Shown one piece after another: positions 26,301 to 38,299 of a stretch of 64,000 bases of DNA. Source of the DNA: Blastocystis sp. Blastoise. Lineage: Eukaryota > Protista > Bigyra: Opalinata. Numbering within the stretch: the stretch's first letter is position 1; every line of letters begins with the position of its first letter. A program made the translations under genes and the position numbers. The notes below the pieces were generated by a model, which did not search any database, was not told the DNA's origin, and saw only the letters and a list, made by a program, of their open reading frames with translations. The stretch is from positions 2,099,989-2,163,988 of the forward strand of contig JBBPEB010000013.1 of NCBI GenBank assembly GCA_039096225.1. The letters are read 5' to 3'.

Positions 26301-29300
26301 CTGTGTAAATTAAAAAATTGTTGGTGTTGAAAGTCTAATAATATCCAAGTAGCACCATTATCATTAGAACCTTCAATTCTCCAACTAGAAGGAGATCTCC
26401 GATTACAATATTCACCATTAGTAACCTTATAATGATTGATAAATTCTTTACGACCATTATTGAAAGTATATTGATAAATAGCACCAACGCATCGTGGACC
26501 ACTAACAACTGAAGTATCTATTTTATTATCAAATAACATATCAGTACCTTCATCGCCAGTCTTTTCAATATCAGACCAAGCAACACCATCAGATACTCTG
26601 TATTCACCAGAAGCAATAAAAGAAACAACACTTGTGAAATTATTGGTAGTAGAAAGAGTATCTTTCTTATGAATCTCAATAGCTATAACATTAGTACCAA
26701 CAACAAGAATAGGATTAATAAGTGTAGAAACAGAACTAATAAATACAGTACTAGAAGTATATTCAGCAGTAGCAGTAGTATTATAATTAACAAAACCAGT
26801 AGGCATATTAATTCTTCTGATTTCATTACCATTAAGATAAACAATCATACCAGCATAAGTACTAGCACTAATATCAATTCCAGCAAAATCAGGATACATA
26901 GTAGAAAGAGTGAAAGTAGTTCTATAGTATTGAGTAGTACCAGTAGGAGCAGATAAAGATCCAGAAATACCAGAAGTCCAAGCAGCATCAGAGAAAGAAG
27001 CGAGATTCCAATCAGAAGGAACCTCACTATCAGAATCTAAGTATTTCCAAGTATTAGAACTAGAAATAATTCTACCGATGCTTAGAATAACTGTCTTAGG
27101 AGATACACGTTTAGTAACAGTACCAGAAACGAGAGGAGTTGTATCATCTTCAATATAAACAGAATAAGCACTAGCACCAAAATTGTCATTCTTTATATCA
27201 GACATAACTAAAGAATAAACACCAGTAACTTTACAATAGACGAAATCTTGTGTAGAATAATCAACACTAGTAGATCTTGAATCAACAACTACACCAGTAG
27301 AGTCTTTAAGAATCCAAGAAACTTTATTAGCATTAGTTTTATAATCGAAAGATAATTTGAATAGGTTATTAGGGAAATTACAAGTAAGTACAGAGATAGT
27401 AATTGTAGCAGTTACAGGAGTACCTTGAATACTCTTAGCAGTAATAGTATATACAATAGGAGATTGGAGTTGAGTAGGAATACCGTTTAAGTAGCCATTG
27501 GAAGAATCCATAGTAATACCAGTAGGAGGAAGAGGAGTAATACTAAAATCATAATAATATTCAGAAGAAACTAAAAGATCAGGAATTATAGCATCCTTAT
27601 AAGCAACAAGATTAGAAGGAGTGAAACTGAAAGCAGGAATAACAAGAGAATTAACATCTTCAATTAAGAATTCCCATTCAGAGAAAGCATATTTATTATT
27701 CTCTTCAATAACAACAGCTTTAGTAACAGCAATCTTATAATTAGTATAAGCTTTAGTAGAACCAAGAGCATAGAAACATTTTTTTTGTTGTCTTTCTTTC
27801 CAAGAATTATTAGATTGAGAAGTAATAGAAGTCCAAGTAGTACCATCCATAGAACCATAAATAGTCCAATCTGCAGGATCATGACTAGGAGCATCTCTGT
27901 TGGAATAAATACAATATTTATTCATATAAATAGCTCTCTTATTATTAAATTGAACGGAAACCCATTTTTCACTTACAGAATCATGAATAGGAGTAATCCA
28001 ACGAGTATAAGGATTAGAATCAAAAAGATTAGCAGGATCACCATCTGTAAACACACCACTAGAAGCATAATAGCCATCAGAAGCATTTTGAATGACATTA
28101 GAATCGCCAAGAAGATGGAATATACCATCGAAATCAAGTTTATAAGAACCAGTACCAGAATTAACAAGAGCAATAGCTACAGTAACACTATTACCATTAG
28201 AAAGAGTAGTCATAGGACCAGATACTGATCTCCATAAGAAAGAAGAATCACCATCAGTAGCAACAGTAGTTGTAGTAATTTCACCAGCAGCAATATTATA
28301 TCTATAGACTTCATTACCATTTACATAAATAACACAGCCAGCTTTAGATTTAAAGAATAATTCCCAACCAACCATATTCGTCTTAGAAATAATAGTAAAA
28401 GTACTTCTAAGAAGAATAATACTTTGAGTAACAGAAACAAGAGGATTATAAGTTAATGTTTGCCAAGTATTATCAGAAAAAGAAACAATTTTCCAATTAA
28501 CATCAGTAGGAGCACCACGTTGATATCTCCAAGCAGATTTAGGAGCAAGATCAAGACGAGTATTAACATAATAAGTAGCAGTAGTACCAGCTAATAAATA
28601 CAAGCGAGCAATTCTATGTTCAGTAGTAAGATCATATTTTAATGAAACATCAAGATAAGCACCTTTTTCCCAGCCATCATTATTATCATCGAAAAGAACA
28701 AATCTCCAACGACCAGCAGGTTGACATTCATCTAATACTTGATTCACACCATTATTAACACCAGTAAGAGTACCAATTTGAGTATTATCTTCAGTATAAA
28801 AAACAACACGTTCATCTTTAGAAGTCGATTTATTCACTTTAGTAATAACTACTTGAGCCATAGAAGGTTGTTGACAAACAATAACACTAATAGTCATAGT
28901 AAAAGAAGTAGCAGCATTAGTAGCACCATCAATAGCACTAATGGTATAAGTTTTAGTGGGTGAAGTTGTAGTTACAGAACCATATATAATACCATTATTA
29001 GAATTAAAATTTAATCCAGTAGGTAAAGCAGGAGTAATAGTATATGTATGAATACCACTCGAAATAGGAGCAATAGATATAGATGGATCATTAGTATGAA
29101 TATTAAGAGTATGAGAAGGATATTGAAGACCAGGAGCAACAATAGGTTGACTATTTACAAAAGTACGAATTTCAGATAATTGAGTAATACTTTCACCATT
29201 ATTAGATAATATATCCAATTTAATTCTATTATAAGATTTTCTATTAGAAGGAATATTAAATATATAATTAGTACTTCTAGCAGCAAATTTGTTATTAATA

Positions 29301-30952
29301 ACATGGTCCAAGAATATCCAGGTAGCACCATCATCTTCGGAACCATAAAATTTCCATTCTTTTGGATCTCGTCCAATATAATCATTACCAGAAGTAATTT
29401 GATAAGCATTAAACCAAGTTTTAGATCCATTAGGAAGAGCAATAATAATAGTACTTGAAGTACCTTTAAATAAGTATTTAGTAGAATCAGAATTATCAGC
29501 AACATTACCACAAATTTCACTTGTATTATGGTTTTCAGCAGAACAAGTAGCAGTACCACCAGAAGTAACAACTTCACCAGCTAAAATAAGGAAATTAGAA
29601 ACTTATTATGATGTTTTTTAAATATATTAAAATATTCGTTTAATAAAAATAGATTTATATAAAAAAGGTAATACACTACTAATAATATACTATTAGAAGA
29701 AATAGGAATAGCGAAAACATCAAATACATCAGCAGTATTTAATTGAGAAGAGTGAGAGTGAATTTCAACAGCAACTGTAAAAGCAGTACCTGATGTGACA
29801 TAATGAGAGGGAGGAATAAAAATTCTGTTTTTATAAATGATTATAAATATGAATTATTTCTAATAATATAGAAAAATATATACATTTTCCAGGTAGCTTC
29901 TGTTTCAGAAGTTAATGAAGTTGTATTAGAATTCGATACACTATAAATAATATATAATAATAAATCATTATTATCTTATATATTTATTGATACAGATAAA
30001 AAATAATAATATAAATATGTTGTATTTAAATAAGCAAAAATATATATACATAGGTAATCCAACACGAGACGCTTCAATACCATTTATATAGATAACAAAA
30101 CCAGAGTTTGTCTTGACACCAAAATGAATTGCATAAGTATTCATATCAACGATAGTAGTAGTAAATCTATAATAACGAGTAATAGTAGAAATAGGATGGA
30201 AAGAACCAGGAGCAAGAGAAGTCCAAGTAGAATCATCAAATGATATTTGTGTCCAAGAAGTATCAGCTTGAGCAGTAGTTGAAGTCTTCCAAGTAGCAAT
30301 AGGACTAACAACCATTTTTACTATATAGAATAGCATACGATAGTAATTGTTTAGAAATGAATAAAAATGTATTATTATTATATATAAATAATTCTTTTAT
30401 TTGTAATAATAATGTATACAAGTGAATTGTTGTAATTTAGTGACACCTGAAGAAATTTCACCATTACTGAGTGTCGTGTTAAAGAAGGTAATGCCGTTAT
30501 AATTAATTTGAAGATAAGAACCAGCAGACCAACCATCACCGTAACTAAAATTAATATATAATTATCATTAATTTTTTTTTATTATATAAAAACAAAACAC
30601 AATATTATTTTTTAAACTTCAAGAATACTAATGATTGCATACCTATCGTACATAGAAAGAGTGTAGACAGTATTCAATTGAAGACAAACATCGTATTCTT
30701 TGGAAGAAATATAATTAGTCTCAGTAACTTTTCCTTCATACAAATAAGTACCAGTTGTATCAGTACCTTGAAATATTTTCCAGGATTCTTCATAACGAAA
30801 TAGGCCAAACTTTCTTTTAAGAATAAAATGTAAATTAGGAACTGTACACTCTGATTGAACTAAGTCTATTATGAGTTAAGATCAATCATATAACAAAATA
30901 TACCTAAAGATATCAATCCTAAAATACAAAAAAGAGCAACAAACTGTTTCAT
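23336..30952 (-). CDS. Very large type I membrane adhesin/lectin-like surface protein (~2,350-2,400 aa): three sets of galactose-binding-like + F5/8(CBM32)-like modules, 7 He_PIG Ig domains, 6 HRM-like Cys modules, SEA-like domain, TM helix, short Lys-rich tail
   Basis: ATG 30952 opens signal peptide MKQFVALFCILGLISLG. About six introns lie in 29581-30903, then a 6245-bp final exon (29580-23336) containing the 1991-aa ORF. Motifs: LFD..DP..W..GS.DG.TW (F5/8-like); W...F.D..W..YYR.TF..VYLNG.EI.R..GTNVIAIEIH; TI.P.LP.GL.FN..G.IYG.PT (He_PIG); C..D..WP.TE.G...LPC...G.RTR.C....W....NC (HRM-like); TM IILIVVIVILVILLILIFVL followed by KNIKKEKKEKK. Confidence 0.92.
24060..25740 (-). repeat. Intragenic tandem repeat with exact 420-bp (140-aa) period: HRM-like + He_PIG unit x4, plus diverged flanking units
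   Basis: Anchor CTTGTTCT(A/T)(A/G)ATCCTTCATAATT recurs at 24381, 24801, 25221 and 25641, with no net indels between units. Confidence 0.95.
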
Positions 30953-31016
30953 TTCCTATTAACAAAAAAAATACTTAAAAAAAGTAATTTTTGTTAGTAT
31001 TTAGGCTTGACATTAT

Positions 31017-31056
31017 CTGTCAAACGCGTATTGTTTTTTTCTCAAACGCGTATTTT
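31017..31056. repeat. Left arm of a perfect 40-bp inverted repeat containing two TCAAACGCGTATT units
   Basis: CTGTCAAACGCGTATTGTTTTTTTCTCAAACGCGTATTTT is the exact reverse complement of 33762-33801. It lies 65-105 bp upstream of the adhesin ATG. Confidence 0.9.
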
Positions 31057-33761
31057 CTCAAGATTATTTTCTAAAATAAAAGAATAACTGTGATATTTTT
31101 TTCTTAGCTATATAACTTTTTATGTCAAGCTTCAGTGCTATTACACACAACATATGATTAAATATTTCATTAGTGCCTTATGAAGAAGAAAAATAAGAGT
31201 CAAATTGTATTCATTTCAAGGGTGTACTCTGTCAAACTTTGTTAGGTCATTCTGATTTCGTAAATACACATAGAGAATGAGTTCTGACATAATCTTGTCG
31301 ACAAATAAGTCTTTGAAACTGTCTTCTAGGTCGTGATACTGAACTTCATATTCTTTGTTTGTTTTAATTTATTATGATTTACTTTCTACAGAGTACTTTA
31401 AATATATTGTAATGACTTAAAAGCTAAATATATGAGATAAAATTTTGAATGGGTTGAAATCCCTATTATAAATAATCAGATTCTTCTCAAATTGATTTCA
31501 ACTATTGTACTATGATTAAATGATTGAACTAATTAATAAAATAAATAAAACAATAAATATATTTGTCATGTCATAATTTCTATTTTTCAGGTTTCTGTCT
31601 TTTATTTCAGACAGTCATATTTTTATTTTTAGGTTGCATATGACGTGAATATTTTTCATAATAATTTTTGTAGATTATAAAATATTTTATAATTATTAGA
31701 ATTGTAAATGATTAACTTCCAATATCATCAAACTAAAAATAATTATATTTTCTTGAGTACCAAATACTTTTGACTACAACAATAAGCAAAAAACATAAAA
31801 ATTAGTTCTTCATAGTTTATTAACACTAAACAGAAAATTTGATTTATTATGGATTTGCAAGCGTCTAGTTTCACCAAATTGATTTATTTATAATTTTAAT
31901 TTATAGTTATAAGATATATGTTATGTGAACTTTAATATTATGTTAATAAATATCTTTTTAATATTTTCCTTATGGAGAAAAATAATCATTTTCAATTGAC
32001 GTTAAAGTGTTTTTCTAAAAAAGGGTTGTTACACTTAGTGATAGTTCTTGATAATTATTGAATTAAAAACAAAAAAAATATATTCTTATATATTTAACAC
32101 TCTCTTATATAAATATTCAAATGATATTTTAAAAAACAAATAATTCTTACTGGTATAAAGAAAGCTGCTAAAAGAAAGAAAAAGCCAAAAAAAAAATGAT
32201 TTTTTTCTGTTATTAATTAATGTCAGGTTACCTATCTCTTCATGTAGATTGGGAACAGTTTATATATATTAAATTAGTACAATGTTAAGTATCTCTATTT
32301 AGTAAAATATAGATTTATATATAAATATTTTAATATTTATTAACACAAAAGAAATTATATGTATATGGCTTTTTGAGTTTTTTACACTTTTTTCTTTTTT
32401 CCCATATTGAAAAATAGAAATTCAAAAGTATGTGCAGTTTCAAACTGTTTATATGCTTGCTATTACATTATGATAGTGAAAATTCTAGAATCAATACATT
32501 ATGATACAACACAATGAAATGCATTTTTTTCATACTTTTTGACAATAAAGTAATATAAATTATAAATAAATTTCAGAATTTTAAATTATTTAAAAATGAT
32601 AGATATTCGACTATAGTTGCAAAAAATATAATAAAGAGAAATAAACACATAAAGAAAACATATATATATTTGACATAATATACATTTTTTAAAAACTCGT
32701 TTTAGGGTATTGTTATCATGCCCTTGAATCAATAAATATTTCATTAATTGTTTTCAAGGTTTATATATATAATATAGATTGATAGATGCATAATATACCA
32801 AAATTTCAATACTCTGTGACTTATTATTAACCGTCAAAATATCATAGTTAGTTAGTGTTTTTATGAAAAACAATAAAAAATGTAAAAAAAAATAAAATCC
32901 TCTTTTTGAAACACTAAATTTAATTTCAAATATTTTAATATAAATAATATAAATAAGCACGGCTTATATTTTATACATATATAAAAATAGAAACTAGTTA
33001 ATCATTCTATGAACTTCAGTAATCAGGAATATTCATGGAGTAAAGGAATGAGTGTGAAATTTTTTGTTGTCTTTTTCATTATTCTTAATTTTTATTATAT
33101 GTTTATACATAGATATTATTTTATAAATAACTTGACATATTATTTCTTTAACTAATTTATTTTATGAGTAGGATTGTTAACTCAATATATAAAACTATAA
33201 AAAACAGTTGTTAATTGTGTGTCTAAAGGTAGTGTATTTCTTAATGTTAAGTGATTATTTTATCATTTATATTAGTCTTGATTTAGGGTTGATTATAATA
33301 TCCAACAAATAATGATTTTTAATGATAATAATATGAGAATTAGCACTAAATTATTGATAAGATATTACTAATTTTTAAGATAGATACGTTAACAATAATT
33401 GCAGACGATATAGACCTCATTTATGTTGTAATAGACTAATTTTGAAAGAACATTATTCAAGTGATACTTGCTCAAACTCATTTGAGTGAAAATTATTTGT
33501 ATATTCTTGAAGATAAACATATTCTTATATATTTTTTAGATTAACTCTTTTTAATAAGTCGCTCTTGTCATTAAAAAAGTTGGTACTATAAAATAAGACG
33601 AGCAACTTTGTGTACTGATTTTTCATTGTGTATTATGTGTATACACTTCATATTTATGAAGTAGTCTCTGATAGATTAGAAAAGAGTTTATGCAAAAAAT
33701 TATTTAAAAAAAATAAATATCAACTGAGTTCAACCAAAAACAAAATACACACAAAAACATA

Positions 33762-33801
33762 AAAATACGCGTTTGAGAAAAAAACAATACGCGTTTGACA
33801 G
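33762..33801. repeat. Right arm of the perfect 40-bp inverted repeat
   Basis: AAAATACGCGTTTGAGAAAAAAACAATACGCGTTTGACAG. Confidence 0.9.
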
Positions 33802-34799
33802 TTATTTAACTAAAAAAAAATGGTCTTAGTTGTTTTTGCTTTTTAATCGAATGATATCCACAATACGACTGGCTCAAATATGTCAATGACATAGAGTTTC
33901 ACATAAAAAAACATATATGTTTCTTAGGTAAATTTTTAGTACTTTCTTTTAGTAATGTAAGTTTTTTGAAAAGAGATTTCTTCAATTCTATTAAATTAGT
34001 ATAACAGACTATTAATCCATTAATATATGTGATTCAATATTTCTCTATTAAAAAGATAATTTGTTAAAACCATCAAAATGATGTTTATAATAACGAATGA
34101 TCCTGAAGAATAACTATGACAGTTGGGTTTTTTGTAAAGTTTAATTCACTTAAAAAAGATATATATAGCATATTATATTTTGAACATTAAATTTCTTATG
34201 CAAAAATGTTAAAAAGGATTCCATGAAAAGAAACTTTTTTAGTGAATACTTTTTTTAGTTTTTCTTTATTCTTTTGTGTAGAGTAAATATTAATATTTTT
34301 GACAATATGTTTAGTTAATGAAGGCCTCAAATGATAGAGTAGAGTTGATTGTAGTTGTTCTTGTTAAACATTTAAGTAGATAGGAAATGTTGACTTTCGG
34401 TTTATTAAAGGGTTGTAAATTGTATTTAAAATAATGTATAGAGATAAAATATAAAGAAAATAGTTTTATTATAATGATAATTATAAAAGAATATTAAAAA
34501 ATAGAACACAGATTGTTGTTAAAAATTGATTTACGGTAAAAGTTAAATGAATCAGAATAATTTTGTTGAATTTCTTGATTAAAACTTTTGTTTTTTAAAC
34601 TTTCTCTTTTATTTATTATTTTTTGCTGTGATGATTTAATTAGATTTAATAGATTGAATTACATTAAAGCAAGATATCCCTCTTCAATGTCTAATGTTTA
34701 TTTTAGACTTTATTTGAGTTAATTGCATTGGTGTTTAGAAGTCAAATTTATTTGAGATTGGATCTTTTGTTATGTTCTGAAATTCTTCAGTATAACATT

Positions 34800-36540
34800 T
34801 CAAATGAGATATTAAATCAAAAAATACTTTTAGTATATATTAGCTTTTTTAATTAGTTATATTTATTTAATATACGTTTATTTTATAGTATTTAAATGAA
34901 TACAGATCATTTGATGTATTTATTATGATTATTAATTGATATTAGTATTGATTCTTTATGAATTAGCTATAAATTTTTTTTATATTTTATAAATTTTTAT
35001 TTTATTGATTTTATTATTAATCTTTTGTAATTTTATAATAATAATATTATATATATGTAGATTTATGATTTAAAAACAACTAGATAAATAGATTATTGTA
35101 TTTTTTGTTATACGTATTTATTTTTTTATTGTTATGTAATAAATAGAATATATAAAAGTATATATAGATTATTATACTCATTAAATATATATATGTATTT
35201 CATGATAATATTTGTTTCTATATAAAGAAAGATATAAGGTTTAATTCCGAATACGTGTTATATATGGAGTTAAAAGATAAAGTAGTGTCGGTTTTCTATA
35301 TATTTATAACTAGTCATGTATTATTAAATGTAGAAATAGTAGAAATTACAAAATGTCTTTCTTAAATGTTTTTTTTAAATAAAGTATATATATATACTAT
35401 TTATTAGTATTATTGATATAGAACTTTAATGAAAAAATTAAGCCCTGTTAAAAAATTTTAAATCTAAACTTTATAATAATAAGTATATATATTGGAAATA
35501 TAATAAAAATATATATTATATATATTATATATACATATTATATTTATTGATAAATTTACAAAAATAATAAATCTTATAGTATATATATGCAGGTTTGTTT
35601 CAAATCATTTGGGTTATAATATGTTGAAGATGGATATTGATTTATATGAAGAAGAAGAAGAATAAGAAGAAGATCGAAATAAGAGAATAGAAATTTGTAT
35701 GAAAAGAAGAGTAATATGAGTAGATGAAAGATCATAGATGGAAATAAGAATGAAATGAGAATGGAACAGAGATAAGAATAAGAAATATATATGTAATAGA
35801 AGAAGAAGGAAAAAATGAGAATAAACCAATTTTAAATGAGAAAGATAAGGAATGGGCAAGTATAAGAATAAAGATAATTTCATAGAAAAGGAAAGGAGAT
35901 GAAGAAAGAGAAGTAAAAGTAGAAAGTGTATAGAAAGAACATGTAGATGAAGAAATAAAAGGAATGGAATGAAAATATATATAATTGGAAGGAGATGAGA
36001 AAGGAAGTAATGATATAAGAAGGAAATGAAAAAGAAGAAGAATAAAGTGATGGAAATGAAGAAGAGTAGGTAATGATAAGAGAAGAAGAACCAGTAATAA
36101 TTAATAGAAAGGAAAGAAGAAAGAGAATGAAAAAACTGGAATATACTATAAAGGAACATGAAATAAAACAGAGTATTAAGAATAACTATAACTGTTTTAT
36201 GTAACATAAGAATATAAAATAAGTAGAATTAGGAGAGAAGAGTGAAAGTGAGAAAAAGACAAATATAGAACAAGAGGAGAAAATAAGAATGAAGAAAAAT
36301 ATATATAAAAATTTTGGATATATATATATAAATAAAAATGAGAATAATTAAAAATAAATTTGCTCAATAAATATATTGAATGTAACAAATCACAAAGATA
36401 AATAAAAATGATTCTCAATAATAAAGAAAATACTACGACGTAAACAAAGTATAATAAGGTAATGTTATATATATATACCATATAAAAGAGAAACCAAGAA
36501 TATAGTGATCCGAAAAGCAAGAAATAGACTTTAGAGTATT
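34800..36540 (+). pseudogene. Decayed gene relic paralogous to ~3760-5000, followed by an eroded Glu/Lys/Arg-rich (coiled-coil-like) purine tract
   Basis: Local identity to 3911-3958. 35630-36300 is almost entirely A/G with GAA-like triplets and frequent stops in the + frames. Confidence 0.35.
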
Positions 36541-37249
36541 ACAATAAATTATATAAAGTATTATATAATAATGGTTATAAAAATATATAGAAATAAAAAT
36601 ATATATATACTTACAATCTGAATATAAATCAAGCCAATCTATATCAATAATGAATATTTGAACTTTTTAGATAGTTTATTTGGTAAAGAAACTTACTTTA
36701 TTATATTATTTAAGACAAATCTATCGATACAATTAAGTTCTTTTTTCCTAAAAGATTTAAAAGTCATTCAGTTAGCATGATGAGTCCATTATGACTATCT
36801 TAGGAAGCCTAAAGAAATAGTTTTGTGCAGTGACGTCACATCATCCCATTTATAACAACAAAACAATACCTGATCATCTAGTTCAACCAAACTGCATCAC
36901 CTAGATAAGCTCATATTAGAAGATGGAGACAGACCAATGCAGATTAATTCAACAATGGAGACTGCAAGACACTCTAATATACTCCTAGGTCCTATATATA
37001 GATAAATATATGCTTAAAGCATACAAAAATGAAATTAATCATATTTTTATGGGAGTATTGAAACTTCACCATGAATTAATTTGTTAAATTCTATTGGGAT
37101 CTTAATAATTCTACTTTTTATTGAATATTATTTTATTTAAATAGTTTAAGCTGTTATTCTTATTCCTGATATCTTGTTGTTGTTGTTGGAATATGTATTT
37201 AAGTAAATAAGATTAGTTAATTGGTTAATTATTTATAGAGTATTGAATA

Positions 37250-37730
37250 AAATAAAACTGATGATTTCAGTCATAAGGAAATCGTTATACTTGATGAAAT
37301 TAACAAGAATGAGTTGCATATACGATAGTCATTTGATTGAGTAAATTAGTGGAATTATGAGAAAAACTAGGTTTATGTGTGTTTAAATTTAAATTCTATA
37401 TTGTTTTGAATAGGTCTTTTAGTAAACAAATCATTTATGATAGAGTTACAAGCAAAATTGATTTTTCTTATTGATATGTTGAGTTAGAATATCGTTATTT
37501 TATTTTTCTATAAATAATTTGAATTTTCTTCTGACATATATCATCCAGATGTTAATTATAATAGTTTTCTAGGTAATTTAAATCTGTTTAACTTCTTCAA
37601 AAATATTAAAAGTATATTAAAAATGTTAGAAATGATTATTAATGTCAATTATGTTAATATCAACAATTAAAATCATTTTTAAGAGTATAAACAAAGAATG
37701 CATTGCTTGTTTATAGGTTTCAAGATGTTA
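37250..37730 (+). pseudogene. Ubiquitin-conjugating enzyme (E2/UEV)-like relic
   Basis: FEFSSDIYHPDVNYNSFLGNLNL..NIKSILKMLEMII..EYKQRM resembles the E2 F.T.IYHPN signature and following helices. It is preceded by KIDFSY*YV (E2: I.FP.DYP). Stops and a frameshift are present, and there is no catalytic Cys. Confidence 0.35.
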
Positions 37731-38002
37731 TTGATGAATATTTATTTTTTATTTGTGTCTAGAATTGATCAATAAGATGGTTAACAGAATCAATTAATGA
37801 AGAGAAGATTCTAAGTGAATGTAATTGTGAATGTGTTTGATTTCAAATAAATGTATCTAAAAACATTATATACAAATGACAAACGATTTATAAAGTTTAT
37901 TCAATTACTTGAAACTCAACATAACGAATTAATTTGGTACATATGAATGAAAATATCTATAGAGAAAAAAATTAATAATTTTCTAAAAAACATAATAAAT
38001 GA

Positions 38003-38070
38003 CCTTAGATCAGGAATTGAACCTGATAATAATCTATGAATGATTGTTACTGACCATATTCAGTCTAAGG
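38003..38070 (-). tRNA. Non-canonical tRNA-like cloverleaf (pseudo-tRNA), loop ATTCATA
   Basis: Minus strand reads CCTTAGA CTGA ATATGG TCAG TAAC AATC ATTCATA GATT ATTA TCAGG TTCAATT CCTGA TCTAAGG. Stems pair 7/7 (acceptor), 4/4 (D-like, TGG in loop), 4/4 (anticodon-like) and 5/5 (T arm with GGTTCAATTCC box B). It lacks the position 8-9 linker. Confidence 0.45.
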
Positions 38071-38299
38071 AATATTAATTATATGAATATAACTATATAT
38101 ATATGTTTAAAAGAAAAGAAACTATAAAAAAACTATTATATATATATATTGTATATAAACGATTACTAAAGAACCTATATAATGAAAGACTGTAGAATAA
38201 AAAGATTTAGTAGAATATATAAGGAATATAAGTATAATAAAGAATATAATAAAAAAAAGCGATTAACATAAAATCAATATTGTATAATATATACATATA

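Noticed and set aside
24322-29577. Short overlapping ORFs inside the adhesin gene
   Set aside because: They are alternative-frame and antisense shadows of the long exon. The true start is at 30952, not 29311.
31209-31280. Peptide GVLCQTLLGHSDFVNT resembling WD40 or tyrosine-recombinase box II, inside the inverted-repeat interval
   Set aside because: It is short and flanked by stops, with no HxLR motif, catalytic Tyr or WD dipeptide. It cannot be told from chance.
35614-36520. Hydrophobic minus-strand ORFs (197 and 107 aa) resembling membrane proteins
   Set aside because: They are the antisense shadow of a purine-rich tract; the F/L/S richness is compositional.
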